Source of the DNA: Thalia democratica
Lineage: Eukaryota
Length of the DNA: 64,000 nt
Assembly: GCA_965202585.1 (NCBI GenBank)
Contig: OZ241830.1
Span: 19,282,001-19,346,000 of the forward strand
Direction: 5' to 3'
Shown here: positions 23,628-37,000 of the stretch, in pieces
Layout: each line of letters begins with the position of its first letter
How positions within the stretch are numbered: the first letter of the stretch is position 1
Made by a program: the position numbers and the translations under genes
The notes under the pieces: generated by a model
What the model saw: the letters and a program-made list of their open reading frames with translations, nothing else
The model's database searches: none
What the model was told of the DNA's origin: nothing

Positions 23628-26600
23628 ATGTCGGACTACTACGACTATTCGTCTTACTATAAAAAAGGCGGTGGTGGTGGTAAAAGAAAAGCTGTGAATG
23701 GAGGAATAATTGTAATCCTTCTTCTCATTGGAGGAGGAGTAGCCGCGTACTTAGTCTTAGGAAGTAAAGGTACTTAAATTTTTAGTTTATAAAAGATAAA
23801 TGAAAATTGAAGCGCATAGTAAAGTATTGCTTTTAAAACTGGTACTAGATGGTGTTTGTATCTGTTGTGGTAGGATAGTGTAAACAATGTAGATAGCCAT
23901 TGATTTTTAAGGAGAGGAAAATATTTATTTCAAATATTTTCCGTAGCAATTGGAAAGAAAAGACCTTCGATTGACGGAATTATAGTTGTTAGAGTATGAA
24001 TAGTTGTGTATTCCAAACCTTACTATTTAATATTTGCTAAAACAAATAATACATTACAAATTTATTTAGTTTACATTTTGGTTTAAAGGCTGCGGAACAA
24101 CTAAAAAATATAACAGAAGCTTTTAAAATATGTATTTCTGTAAAATTAAAAAAATCAGTTTATCTTTTTGTTTAAGTTTATTTAATACAAATAAACATTT
24201 GTGTTTAAATATTTTAGCCGTAAAATAAGACTTAATCACTAATAATTTAAATTGCTTTTAATTATAATGGTAGAGCTTTTTTTACTAATAAAAAAGTTTT
24301 CAGACTATTCATAAAAATGCATAAATTTAGTTCAATACTAATTTTATTTTTAATAAAAAAAATTAACAACAACTTCTAAAATAATTAAAAACATAGTAAA
24401 TTATTTACAATATATTACTTTAATTTAGATAATAAAATAATACTTAAAAAAATACTTTTACTTTTTTAAACTGCCTTTTGAATTTTAAATCAAGCTAATG
24501 AATTTTTTTTTAACATTTTTGTTCTTGGTTATTTGTATAAAAATAAGCTAAAAAGATTTAACTGGACAAAAACATTATTTTTTTGCTAACTTAATCTTTT
24601 TGACTGTTAAAGAAAATAGAGTTTATATTTTTTTCAATGATCAAAAAAATACATATAAAAACTATGAAAATACAAACTTTAACTTAGACCTTGTGTGCAA
24701 AAAGGGATTCACAGCAAACCCAGAAACCAAAGAATGTGAAAATATCGACGAGTGTAGTAACAACCCTTGCGGAAATGATGCCGAATGCAAAGACACTGTT
24801 GGATCTTTCATGTGCGAATGTAAGGGCGGGAAAATTCTCGATGATACTGGTCTGAACTGTAAAGGTCAGTTTGTTTAATGACTTAAGTAATTAAGGTTAG
24901 AACTCTTTATTTTTTTATTTTTTAATGAATTAAAAGTATTTTTGTTAAGTATTTTTGAACCATAAGTTTAGTTTGATATTTTAAATTTATTGATGTAGTT
25001 TGCAGTGGCGTCTCGAACTCAAGACCTCCTTATATTTCTTCTACATCAATTGTTTAATGTAACGAGAATTTTTTTGCTAAAAAATGTAAAAAAAACAATT
25101 AAAGTATTTAAACAATTGAAAGCTATTATGGTCCTGCTCGAGTTGCCCTTCTCGAGTTATACCTCTGCTCGAGTTGCTCCTGCTCCTAAGCATTTAATAA
25201 TTAATGTTCACCTAAGCTCATTTGATCTAAATAAAAGGTAAGCTCATATTCTGAAAATAAAATTTTGAAGGACAAAAGTAGATTTTTATCAAACAACGAT
25301 ACTTTACTTAAATAACCAAAGTTACGATAACTGAAATTTTTTCTTTTATATACTAGGTCCTTAGGCCGCATTTTAAGTATTTGTGCGTTTGTTAACTCTC
25401 CACATTTAAGAACATATCTAAATCAACATTTTGATATTAGTAAAATATTTACCAAATATAGACTCTTTCATTTATAATACTTTAAAAGTATATAAAGTGT
25501 TTATTCTTTATTGAAGAGAAAATATATCAGCTTTTAACATTCAGTTACATAAGTAAATAGTAATTTAGTGAAAACTTTTTGTATAACATTTTTTGTGATA
25601 CACTTTTTTTAATAAAAGTTTAACTTAAACAGTTTCTTTTAATAATTAAATTCGAAGTAACAATGAAGTAGTGTTTTATTAACACTACTACTGTGCATAG
25701 TTGCTAGAGACTTTTTGTTTGCGCTTGTCTATACTACATGCTAATTCTCAAAAGAGCTCAAAATCATTGAAATTTTTAATTATGCTACTACGCACTAAAA
25801 ATCAAAATATGAACTCGTTTTAAAATAGTCAGCTAAAATAAATCGTTTGTGTTTGTTTTGGTCAAGTTGTTTCAAACTAAAACAGCCAATGCAGACTAGA
25901 GATGTCCGCTAGGCAAGCAGTAGATTGCCTAACCCCTCTACTGTATAACCATTTACTGAACTATTTAATAACTCAAAAATAATTTAGAAAAATATTAACA
26001 TACGTTTGCAAAGTGTCTATTTAAAAAAAACTAAATTAATTAATCTATCTTTATAGTAGAAATTTAAAAAATACAAAGAAACATTTGTATTTAGATATTT
26101 TTTGTAGTAAAAACAAGAATTAGTTAGTAAAAATATAGACTGTTTTTATTTATAATAGAGCTAACTTGAGTGATTTAAGTACATAAGTTTAGTTAGAAAT
26201 TTATTAATTTGCACAAGTTTAACTTAAGACAACTTGAAAAACACCATTATAATAAACGGTAATTTTTTTTTTATACCTAGTTGATTGTTTTTTATTTATT
26301 ACAATATCTATTATAATCTACTAGTTCTTCAAATAACTGCTTTAACTACTTAAACTGCATTTTAAATCATAAACTTTGCTTGTTTAATTTTCTTAAATAG
26401 TTCGAATTGATTGCTTGAATATTTTCGTTTGTTTGTTAGTTCATACTAACGAGCTAAAAAGATTTAGTTTGAAAAAAAAGAGTTATAATTTCTCAATCTT
26501 TTTGACTGTTGTAAAAGCTTTAATTTTAGTAAATCTTTTACACTAAGTAAAAACAAAATACATAAAAATTATAAAAATACACACTATACTTAGAGTGCGA

Positions 26601-29600
26601 AAAGGGATTCAAAGCAAACCCGGAAACTGGAAAATGTGAAAATATTGACGATTGTAGTAACAACCCTTGCGGAAAAGATGCCGAATGCAAAGACACTGCT
26701 GGGTCTTTCATGTGCGAATGTAAGAACGGGAAAGTTCTCGATGATACTGGTCTGAACTGTGAAGGTCAGTTTGTTTGCTGGTCTAAGTAGTTAGGAATAA
26801 GAATATTTTTTCTATTTATTAGGATACCATAAAAATAGTTCTTATTTATCTATTAGATGCTAAAAGTTTTTTGATGTCTAATTTTGTCTTTCATAATTTA
26901 TTTTTAGAATATAACTATATTTCGAATTAAATGAAACGATCTTATGTACATAAAGTTTTTTTTGTTATAAAGAAGTAAAAATAAGCCAAAAAAAATCATT
27001 AAAACAATAACGAAACTTTATTAAAATAACCAAAACTAAGTTGACAGCAAGTTTTTTCTATGCACTTGGTCCTTAGACAACAGTTTTTAAACGTTCTGTT
27101 TTTTGTGCTCAAAAAACTTAAATTTTAACGAAATAATTCGTAATCACCATTTTGATATAAGTGTTAAAAATATTTACCACAGATAGAATCATTCATTTAT
27201 AACATTATAAAAGTAAAAATTAATTTAATAAAAATTTTTAGAACATGCATTGTGTATCACAGCGTTTTTAAACTTTTTTTTTTTGAATTTTTTTTAATAA
27301 TTTTATTAGTATTTTGTGACTTTTTAAAATACTATTGACAACATTTTTTTTGTTTTTGAATAAGAAAAACCAAAATGTTTTAACGTTTAGTTTTATGCAT
27401 TACAATATTTGGGTTAATTTAAATCGTTCTGGTTTTGGCTAATATAATTTCTAAAATTTTTTTTTTGCTACAATCTCTGTAAAAAGTACTTCTAAATTAT
27501 GTTTAACTTTTACTACTTTTTTTTTACTTGAAAACTATCTTTTAAACTGCAGAACCATCCAATTGTAAGGACATACTAGATGCTAATCCAGGCAAAAATT
27601 TACCTTCGGAACCTTATAAAATTTTTATTGGTGGAAAAGAAGTAACAGCTTACTGTGATATGAAAACTGATGGTGGTGGATGGACTGTTAGTTTGTTTTT
27701 TATCAATTATTTAATGATGAAGTTGTTAAAACTTAAAAAAAAGTGTGTAATGTGATTTCCAAAAAGTAATTGGACTATCTTAATGTAATAAACTACTATT
27801 TTTTTGTAAAACATTATTAAATACGGTTTAATAACCACATTTTTTTATTTACATTTGATCAACACTTTAGGTTATTCAGCGGCGAATAAGTAAATCTGAT
27901 TTTTCGAAGTACTGGAATGATTATGCAATGGGGTTTGGAGATAAAAGCACTAATCATTGGCTTGGTAATTAAATCATTTGCCTTAAATTATGTCATTAAA
28001 TTTGTCATTTATTATTAAAACGTCTATGCTATTTTAGTAACTTTTGGACATTCTCATCATACACTTTAACAATACTTTTTATAAAATACATAGTGACATG
28101 ATTACAAAACTTAACAAGTAGTTATTTAAGATGTTTCCAATAAACTTGAATTTTAAACAATGTTTCTGATTCTTGAAATACTACATTATGCGCTCACTTT
28201 CTTTTATTTCTTATACAATGAAATATCTAATCGAAGTTTATCAAACAATCAACTGTAACTTAGTTTAAGATGTGTTAGGCAGTTTGAAAGGAAGTTGTAA
28301 TTTATAAGCAAAATATTAAACTACAATGCTGTTAAATTATTTGCATTAGGTCTAGAATACGTTAGTGCACTAACTCATATGTTCGATGCTGAATTTCGTG
28401 TAGATTTTACAACTGTGGATGATGAATCAGCATACGCTTATTACAGGTTAAATGTTGCTTTTTGTCACAAATTTTTATCTTGTTGATAAAGCTTTCACCA
28501 ACAACTATAATCAATACAAATGTTTCAGCCATTTCAAAGTTGCAGACGCTGCAGACAAATACCGACTGAGTGTTTCCGGATACAAAGGCACAAAAGGTGA
28601 GTTGGTTTGTCATGAATAATTATTTTAAAAAATTAGTTAGTGTTTTTATGCAATAAGCAGTAAACTCACAGACACAAGTGGTTCAGTTTCTGTATAGTAG
28701 CTTAAATCTAAAGGACTTATAGTTAAAAGCCGCTTTTCTTGATTGTTAGGCTTACTTTTTGGAGACATATTCATCATAACTTATTAGTGTAAAAAGTATT
28801 TTCAATGACAAGTTTATTAAAAAACAAAAATTAGGATTAATATAACGAACCACTGATAATAGTTTACAAATAAAGAGTTTGATACAGCAAGTTTATCAAT
28901 AAAAAATGTTATTAAAACAGATAAAGTTGCACAAATTAATAATATTCAAAAATAGTTACTTCCATTCCAAATAAAATGAAAACAACACTATTAATAAAAT
29001 CTAATTGCTCACCTGATGCAAGGCCGTACTCTAAGGCAGTGGTCGACAAGGTGTACACTGGTGCACACTAGTGTACACGAAACTTTTTTTGGGGTGCACG
29101 AAAGTCATTTAGGGGTGCACAAAATTTTGAGATTACAAAAAAAAATACATAGATTTAGATTAAGTAGGTAGTTAATATTTAATAAAGTATTTAAAGAATA
29201 CTGAACTGGGGATTTTGTTGTAATTGCAGAGAAGTTTTCAATTAATAAGTATGTTATATAAAGCCATATAACTAAAATATCATTGTGAAAATAAGATAAA
29301 ACAAATAAAGCAGTCAATTTAAAAGAGGATCAAGAAAAAAGTTTCAGCTTCAGTTGTTAAATGGTTTGCATGTAAATACAAACTGAGTTATGACTTTTAA
29401 GGAGAAATGCACTAATAAAAGTGTTTACGTAGTCCCACCACTAGAGGCGCTTAAAAAATTAGATCTTGGGGTGCACCGATTTTATTTTTTGCAGCTTGGT
29501 GTACACAGAATCTTATTAGCTTGACGACCACTGCTCTAAGGAATGCAAATCTAGTGAAGGAATCACTGCAGTGTCATCAAAAAACTGTTTATAACTAACT

Positions 29601-30227
29601 GACTTTAACTATGAAAGCCAACTATTTTTATACCAAATTTAGGTAGCAACCGAGTATCATAAATAAAATTAAATTTTCAATTTTATATTTTTTTTATAAA
29701 AGCTTTATTTTGAATAAAAGTAAACACTGCTTTACAAACCAGGGACTATTCGCGATTTCAAATACAACAATAAAAAACACAAGTAAAATTACAAAAAAAA
29801 TTGGCATAAAATTCATAACAAACTTATAGGAAATTTAAACTTAAAAAAAACATAACTTTTTACAAACAACTACTTAAAACAGTTTTAGAATTTTTAAATT
29901 TTTAATTGTGAACACGAATGTGCAGGCGACGCGTTTGGCAGCGAAGACGGTGACACAAAACAACTCGCTGTTGCCAACGGCATGCAGTTTAGCACGCGTG
30001 ACCAGGACAACGACAGTGTCAAGACCCACCATTGCTCGCAGAAATTTGGCAACAGCGGCAACTGGTACAACAGATGTTTCAAGCAGAACCTGAACGGGCC
30101 TTACGACCCCAAGCTCTGCATGTTCAGTTGGAACAGCTTCCAAACTTCCACCAAATGCAAGGACATCTTTGGAAACGACAGATCGCCGCTCAAGGAATCG
30201 AAGATGATGATCAGGCCTAAGAATTGA
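23628..30227 (+). CDS. FReD receptor copy B: type II TM, 2 EGF exons, FReD (predicted 394 aa, 8 exons)
   Basis: Exons 23628-23769, 24688-24864, 26594-26764, 27553-27686, 27871-27964, 28350-28446, 28529-28596, 29926-30227; GT-AG, phases match, 1185 nt open. N-terminus MSDYYDYSSYYKKGGGGGKRKAVNGGIIVILLLIGGGVAAYLVLGSK. The exon 1 donor is the least certain junction. Confidence 0.88.
29037..29533. mobile_element. 497-bp hAT MITE in the last intron of copy B
   Basis: TIR cagtggtcgacaag / cttgacgaccactg; perfect TSD ctctaagg. Confidence 0.9.
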
Positions 30228-30247
30228 GATGGAGCGCGCTTAAAAGT

Positions 30248-30253
30248 AATAAA
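30248..30253 (+). terminator. Poly(A) signal AATAAA of copy B
   Basis: 20 nt after the stop; conserved context atgacgtgatacgtttt. Confidence 0.55.
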
Positions 30254-31556
30254 ATGACGTGATACGTTTTGTCGTGCTACTAATTTTTAAGTTAAACTAG
30301 TATTTGTGGCTTAAATTACAACATATTTTATCATACACTGTTAATTACATACTTAACTAAAAGCTTAATGCTGCGGATTTCATTTATAAAAAAAGTATTA
30401 GGAAATACATTAAACTTAAAAAAACTACATTATAAAATTATTTACTACTAATAAAAAAGACGCTGTACGTTATTCATGATACTTGTTTTAAAGGAAAGTT
30501 TTATTCTAAGACTTTTAATGTTTAAAGGTTTTTTATATTGTTTTTCAAAGTGAAGCAGTAGTTAGAATAAAAACGTTATTATTTTGTTACAAAGTTGTTA
30601 ACTATATTAAAATTAAAACTTATAACTACCTATAAAATTTTTATTAAGTAACTTCTCAACATTTCACCTTTTAGTTGCTGCTTGTTGTAAAAAGTCTTGC
30701 CTATTGATTTTTACTTAATACTAATAGTTTATTGATAGTGCTTGCGCAGCCATGTTTTTCTAAAAAGCCTAGGGAAATTTAATTTCAATTCTTCTCGTTT
30801 ATAGTTTTATCTTGAACAATGTTGATTCTATCTAAACAGTATGCTTATTATAACTGCAGATCTTATCAGTCGTGAATGAGTTAATTTAGGCAAAAGTCAG
30901 CGGTTTGAGCCTTTTTATAAATTTCTTGCTCGAATTACTTAAACTATTACTTTTTTCTTATTTTATCTCAAGTTTGAGAAGTTCATTTGTAATTTTTTAA
31001 GACAAAATACTGAACATTATTTAAAGTAACGTTATCAACTCTATTCTAAATAGCTTTTTTTAAGAGCTAAATAAAGCATTGTAGGTTTATTAAATCAAAG
31101 CAAAAAATTATAAAAACTAAGGAAAAAAACTCAAACTAAAATAGTGTTTAGAAATCTGCTTTGTTATAACCCAGATTTTAGTTTTAAAAGTTATATATAC
31201 ATATATTTATCTAAACTACGTTTGCTACACATAACAAAATACAGAAATAATAAGTAGCGTGACAATTCGAATTTGGAGAACTTAAACTTCTATAACTTAA
31301 ATTCTAAATAAAGTTAATGGGCAACAAATTAAAAAGCACTATATATTTGCAAAAAAAATTAAAGATGAACTTTGGAATTTACTATTAAATATTTTAATTT
31401 AAAACTTGATTTATCAATATTTCCAAAAATATCTAAATGTTTGAAAAGAAAAAAAAAGTTTGTTGGTATCAATTAAACCTACATATAAATTTTTATTCAT
31501 TTTCATATATACTAATTTTTGATTTGTGTCGCTTAAATTTTTTTTAACGTTTTAGT

Positions 31557-31870
31557 TTGTACGAATTTGAATACTCCAACTTATACCCGCGAAGGTTTGC
31601 ATATTCAAAATTTGGTCGGCAGCCACTGAATGCCAATCCCTGCTTTGTAATTAAACAACACTTCGCTGTTACAATTGTTCTTGGTAAAAACTATCTAAAT
31701 ATTACCAAAGAAGAAACTGAAGTGATAATGAAAGCCAGATCAGTTTTGTTTTATCAAGATAAATTATAGAATAGTTATAATAGCGTTTATATTAACTTTG
31801 GTAAAGCTATGTAACCTTTCTATGGTGCCGATACTTATGATGTTAACTCGATCAAACCCCAAGCGTAAAG
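31557..31870 (+). mobile_element. Small degraded RT fragment, probably the same Penelope-like family as 63280-63985
   Basis: NLYP and NITKEETEVIMKARSVLFYQDKLW resemble the segment that precedes the MGSY motif in these RTs. Confidence 0.45.
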
Positions 31871-32097
31871 TCAAACACTATTAGTTGCAGGTTGACTTCA
31901 CAGCAGATGCTATCGCATAAAAGCAATGATACAAATATGTGGTTATTACCTAGAAGGTTAAAACAAGATGTAGTAAAAGTTTTTTTAACATTTTCAACAT
32001 CGTAGGTTTTCGTTTACTAAAAAAAAGAATTATCCCTAAACTTTTCAACTAACAGCTTCCAAATATATTCAAAACCCAACACCAACATAATCTACAT

Positions 32098-32330
32098 CAG
32101 GGCTTGCCAAACTTTTTTCAAAAGGTCCAAAGAAATTAAAAAAGCTATGCCCCCCTTCAGGAAGATTAGTCAAAAAACAAACATAAAAAACACCTAAGAC
32201 CTTTTTTGCTCTTCATCATCAACTCAAGAACATCTAGTGTAAGTTTCAAACTATGAACTCATGGCCCCTTTGCTGCTCATGGCCCCCTAAATTTCTGTGA
32301 TGGCATCAAAGGGCTTTCAAACTCCCAAAC
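32098..32330. mobile_element. Degenerate copy of the MITE family of 62868-63123
   Basis: cagggcttgccaaactttttt..., ttttttgctcttcatc, atggcccc shared with 62868-63123; more remnants at about 42320-42690. Confidence 0.6.
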
Positions 32331-32652
32331 CACCATCTATAGGCCGTCTCAGTGGTGTTGATGAATTTTCGTTTCATCTAAATTTTGCCTTTTAAAAAGT
32401 TTTTGTTTTGTTATCTAGTTTAAAACTTGAAGATTAAAGGGCTTGTGAAGTCTTTTCTTAACATTTCCAGCGCGCTAAAGTTTAATAATCAGATCCGCTA
32501 ACAAAGAATCTGCTGACCTCTTAGTTTCCTAAAATGCATTCAAAATCATACTACATTAAGTATATGCCAGGAGTATTCCTTAAGCACAACAGGTCTCAAC
32601 AAAACTAATTTCGGAGACAAAGTTAATATTAAATTTGTTTAATTACACAAAG

Positions 32653-32690
32653 GCAACGACGTTTCTCCCCTAAGGGATCTTCAGGCCTGC
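32653..32690 (-). ncRNA. Minimal hammerhead ribozyme core (Penelope pLTR type)
   Basis: Minus strand gcaggc-CTGAAGA-tccc ttag ggga-GAAAC-GTC-gttgc: both catalytic boxes, 4-bp helix II, palindromic ACGT helix III, GUC triplet; helix I imperfect. Confidence 0.7.
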
Positions 32691-33940
32691 AAAATAAAAA
32701 AAATAAGACGACCGATAACTATACAAGTATATTATAATTCAAGACATTACAATCAAATGAGAATTAAATTAAAAATCATGATATCAATATAGTACTGTTA
32801 CTAAATAATTAAAGTAACAAAAGTAAAAAACAAAAACAAGAATAAGAACAATAAATTTTAAATACCACTTTTACTTACAATAGTTGATATGATTTATACA
32901 GATTCAGATTAAGCTTATAACAACACGAAACAAAATGGCACTTAACAGTACTCTTCCTCTTTAACTCGCTAAAACTACCCTAAAAACCTTGTGATCAAAA
33001 AACAAGTTTAGTACTTTTCAATCCAGCCTACAACATATTCAACACTAGCTAAATGTTAATGAAAAGCAATTTTAGTTTAAGGTTTTTAATATTGCTTGAA
33101 ACTAAACTGAAAACAAAAAGAAAACATTCACCAACACTAATAAACATGCAGTAAAAAAAAAGAAAATAAAGAACCGTGGAGTTTACATCTAATGCTTTAT
33201 AATTCAAAAGAAATAAAAAAAAATAAAAATGTAAAAAAGACCTTTATAAAACTCACATGTTAGAAATCAAACAGTTTAATTTATATTGTCATTAATTTGA
33301 ATTAAAAAATCAGTATAAAAGTTGCATAGAAGTCAATGTTAAAACCAAAATTTTAAACAATAGTACCAATGAAAATGTAATAAATTAAATGCGAAATCTT
33401 TTAAAAATAAAATATTTTAAAGGTTATGAAAATGAGTTTAGGAAACCTAGATGTAGTTACTAAACCAAGTTAGTTTTCGTAGACTTTGACAAATAATGTT
33501 GTTCTGATTGAGCATATAAACCTACTATTTACATTTATTGATATGAATATAAAATTATTTGAATTTATATTCTTAGTTACAATTAGACTATAGAGTTTAA
33601 AAGTAGTTAAAACAATACATATGTTAATAAAGTGTAAACCGTTGAAGCATATTCCTTTGGTCTACTTTTACATTTTTTTATTTAAGAAATACATGTTAAG
33701 AATTAAAAAAAACTAAGCCGTCTCCTTTCTTTGATGTACTTTCAAAAACGACGTTAAATACAATTTGTTTTTATCGAATTTAAACTTTTTTAAATCATAC
33801 CGAAATAATTAATCAACACCAACAAATCTTACAGCAGTAAATTATGAAAACCTTAGAACCGTTTTATTTATCTTCGTGTAAATTTTAGAAATTTTTAAAA
33901 AAATAAACCTTTTGTTTTCAAATATTTTGAAATTTCATTA

Positions 33941-33947
33941 TGACGTA
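33941..33947 (+). promoter_or_regulatory. CRE/ATF-like TGACGTA upstream of copy C
   Basis: Positionally conserved in all three paralogs. Confidence 0.4.
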
Positions 33948-34015
33948 GTCGATTACCATTTTACATTTTTCAACTAAAACAAAGTTTAAAATTAAAAAAA
34001 GTTTGACTTGTTCAA

Positions 34016-37000
34016 ATGTCGGACTACGATTCTGACTATTCGTCGGACGATGAAGACGATGGCGGGGGTAAAAGAAAAGCTGTGATTGGGGGAGTTGTTT
34101 TAGTCCTTCTTCTCATTGGAGGAGGAGGAGCAGCCGCCGCGGCCGTCATCGCAGGAAACAAAGGTGACGCTGGAACTGGTGGAACAAGAGCTGGTAAGAC
34201 GAAACTCGTACTTTAGCTTTTAAGCTATAAAAGTTAAATGAAAATTGAAACGCAGAGTAAAGCAGTGCTACCAACTAAAACCATTTGGTTCTAGATGCTG
34301 TATGTACCTATTGTAGGAATTTCAATGTGAGTAGTGTTACTTTTTAGTAAGGAGGGACAAAATACATCACAAATCCGCGGCAGTTTTTTGTATGTTGATT
34401 ATACAGTTGAAAAAAAATTAATAAAATTCAAATTTATAATGAAACAATTGCTTAAGGTGCAATATTACTAAGTAGTGAAAAAAAACGCATACTTTAAAAT
34501 AGTTCCTTTAAAAAATACTCAGTTCTGTTTGTTTTTGTCATGTTGTTTTTCAACTAAAAGTATGCGGGCAAGAGATGTCTGCTAGGCAGGCCGTACATTG
34601 CCCAACTTTAGTTACATGGCAATTTAAATTTGGACAATTCAAATTCCGACAATTCAAATTCCGACAATTCAATAAATTAGTTCTAAAGAGCCAAAATTAA
34701 AAAACAAACATATTTGAAAAAAAACGCATGTTTAGGTCTGATTAATACCTACAATCACTTTTTTCTAGAAAACTTATTTACCAAAAATGCTTATTTTTTT
34801 GTAAATATTTAAAAATGTTTGAAGTTTTTCGAAAAAATTTTTTTTGTAAGTATTTCAAATGGACCTACTTAGGCATTTTTAATTTTTTTAATATACATTA
34901 CTTTTTGAGTTGTCGCCTTTTAAAATAAAAACTAAGAACTTGAATTGTCCGAATTTGAATAGTCGTGCACCCCAACATTACTGTTTAACCATTTACTAAT
35001 ACATAAAAAAACTATTAGTGAAATTAGTTCATATTTTGGTTAAAAAACTGCGGAACAACTAAAATACCTTAACAGAAATTTTTTAATTATGTATTTCTAA
35101 AGAATTAAAGGAACTATATTATCTTTATATTAAAATATTAACTAGTGCAAATAAGTACTTATCCTTAAATTTCTTTTGCCGTATGAATAAGGAGAATACG
35201 ACTTAATCAATAGAAATTTGATTTATTTTTTATTTTAATAATAGAAGTAACTTGTCTAATTAAAGTACAAAAGTTTTGTTAGAATATTCATAAATATCCA
35301 TAAATTTGATTTGATATAGTTTTTTCTTGAGAAATTAAACAATTAAAATATGTTAAATTAGTATATACACTGTTAATTGCTTACTTTTTTTTTATAATAC
35401 CTTCAATAACGAACCTTTTCTTGCTAGAAATTACTTTTGGCAACTTAAAACTGCGTTTCAAATCTTATAAGAAGCCGGTGAAAATTTTTTATGTAAAGGT
35501 TACTAACTTATTGCTTAAATATTTTTGTTTGCTGATTATTTTTATACTAATGAGCTAAAAGAGTTTAATTAAAACTTTTTTTATAACGTAATTGAATTAT
35601 ACAAAAACTATTTAAATACACGCTTTAATCAGATCTTGTGTGCGAAACGGGATTCACAGCAAACTCAGAAGCTAGCGAATGTGAAAATATCGACGAGTGT
35701 AGTAACAACCCTTGCGGAAAAGATGCCGAATGCAAAGACACTGTTGGATCTTTCATGTGCGTATGTAAGGGCGAAAAAGTTCTAGATGATACTGGTCTGA
35801 ACTGTAAAGGTCAGTTTATTTAATGATCTAAGTAATTAGGGTTAGAATTCTGTTTTGTTTAATTAGTTTTTAACGAATATATTTTGTAAAATGGTGTTTT
35901 TAGTTATTTCATTCATAACTTTATTTCTAGAACATAACTATACTGACTAATTTTTTTTTGATCCAAGGTCCTTAGACAACTTTTTTTGAAATTTCTGTTT
36001 TCGTGCTCAATAAACTGAAACTTTACGAAATAAATCTAAAAAAAAATTGATTTAAGTGTCGAAATAGTTACCAATGTTAGAGTGTGGCATAAGCCAGGGG
36101 TCTGCAAAGTCAAGCCCTCGGCCGAATTCTGCGCTAAAAATAAAAATATGCGGCCTGTGAGGTACTTTTTAGCTTTAAATATACCTATAACGAAACGGTA
36201 ATAAATTTTTTGGTGAAAAAAGAAATATTAGGCTCTTAGTTTAACATTTACTAATTACCAGTGGTACTATTTTGCTTACATTACAATTTTTTTCGGTTTA
36301 ACGTAGTAATAAGATATTGATTACTACATTTATTTAAAAATAACTGCAACCCGCGAAGACTTTTATCTATTCAGTGCGGTCGGCAAACATTTTTCAAGAA
36401 AAATTGGCCAGCGATTTATGAAAAAAATACCAAATCCTAGTTTAAGCCCCAGTTTTATATTTTTAGGATATATATTTTTAAGTAACAAATAGAATTGTTT
36501 AAACGTTTAGTTTAAAGTACTAAAGTTAATGGGTTTAAACTAATTGACTTCGTTTTTAGCTAACTTAATTATTAAAGTCTGTATTTTATGTAAAAATCTC
36601 TGTAAAAAGTACTTTTAAATTATGTTTAACTTTTACTACTTTTTTTACTTGAAAAATATCTTTTAAACTACAGAACCAACCAATTGTAAGGACATACTAG
36701 ATGCTGATCCAGGCAAAAATTTTCCTTCGGAACCTTATAAAAATTTTATTGGTGGAAAAGAAGTAACAGCTTATTGTGATATGAAAACTGATGGTGGTGG
36801 ATGGACTGTTAGCTTGTTTTTAATCAAATTTGATTTGTTAAATTGTTAAAACTAAAACGAAAAAATGTTACTTGTGATTAATAAGTTTATCTCTACAAAG
36901 ATAGTTAAACATAAAGCAAAAACTTTCCAAAGTGTAAAATAACAGTTTAAAAATAAAGCCTATAATGACCATGTTTGTTAATGCTGATGTTTGATCAATG

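Noticed and set aside
29874-30220. Overlapping alternative-frame ORFs on the last exon of B (likewise 39153-39487 for C)
   Set aside because: Expected from stop-codon scarcity in GC-rich exons; not conserved between paralogs.
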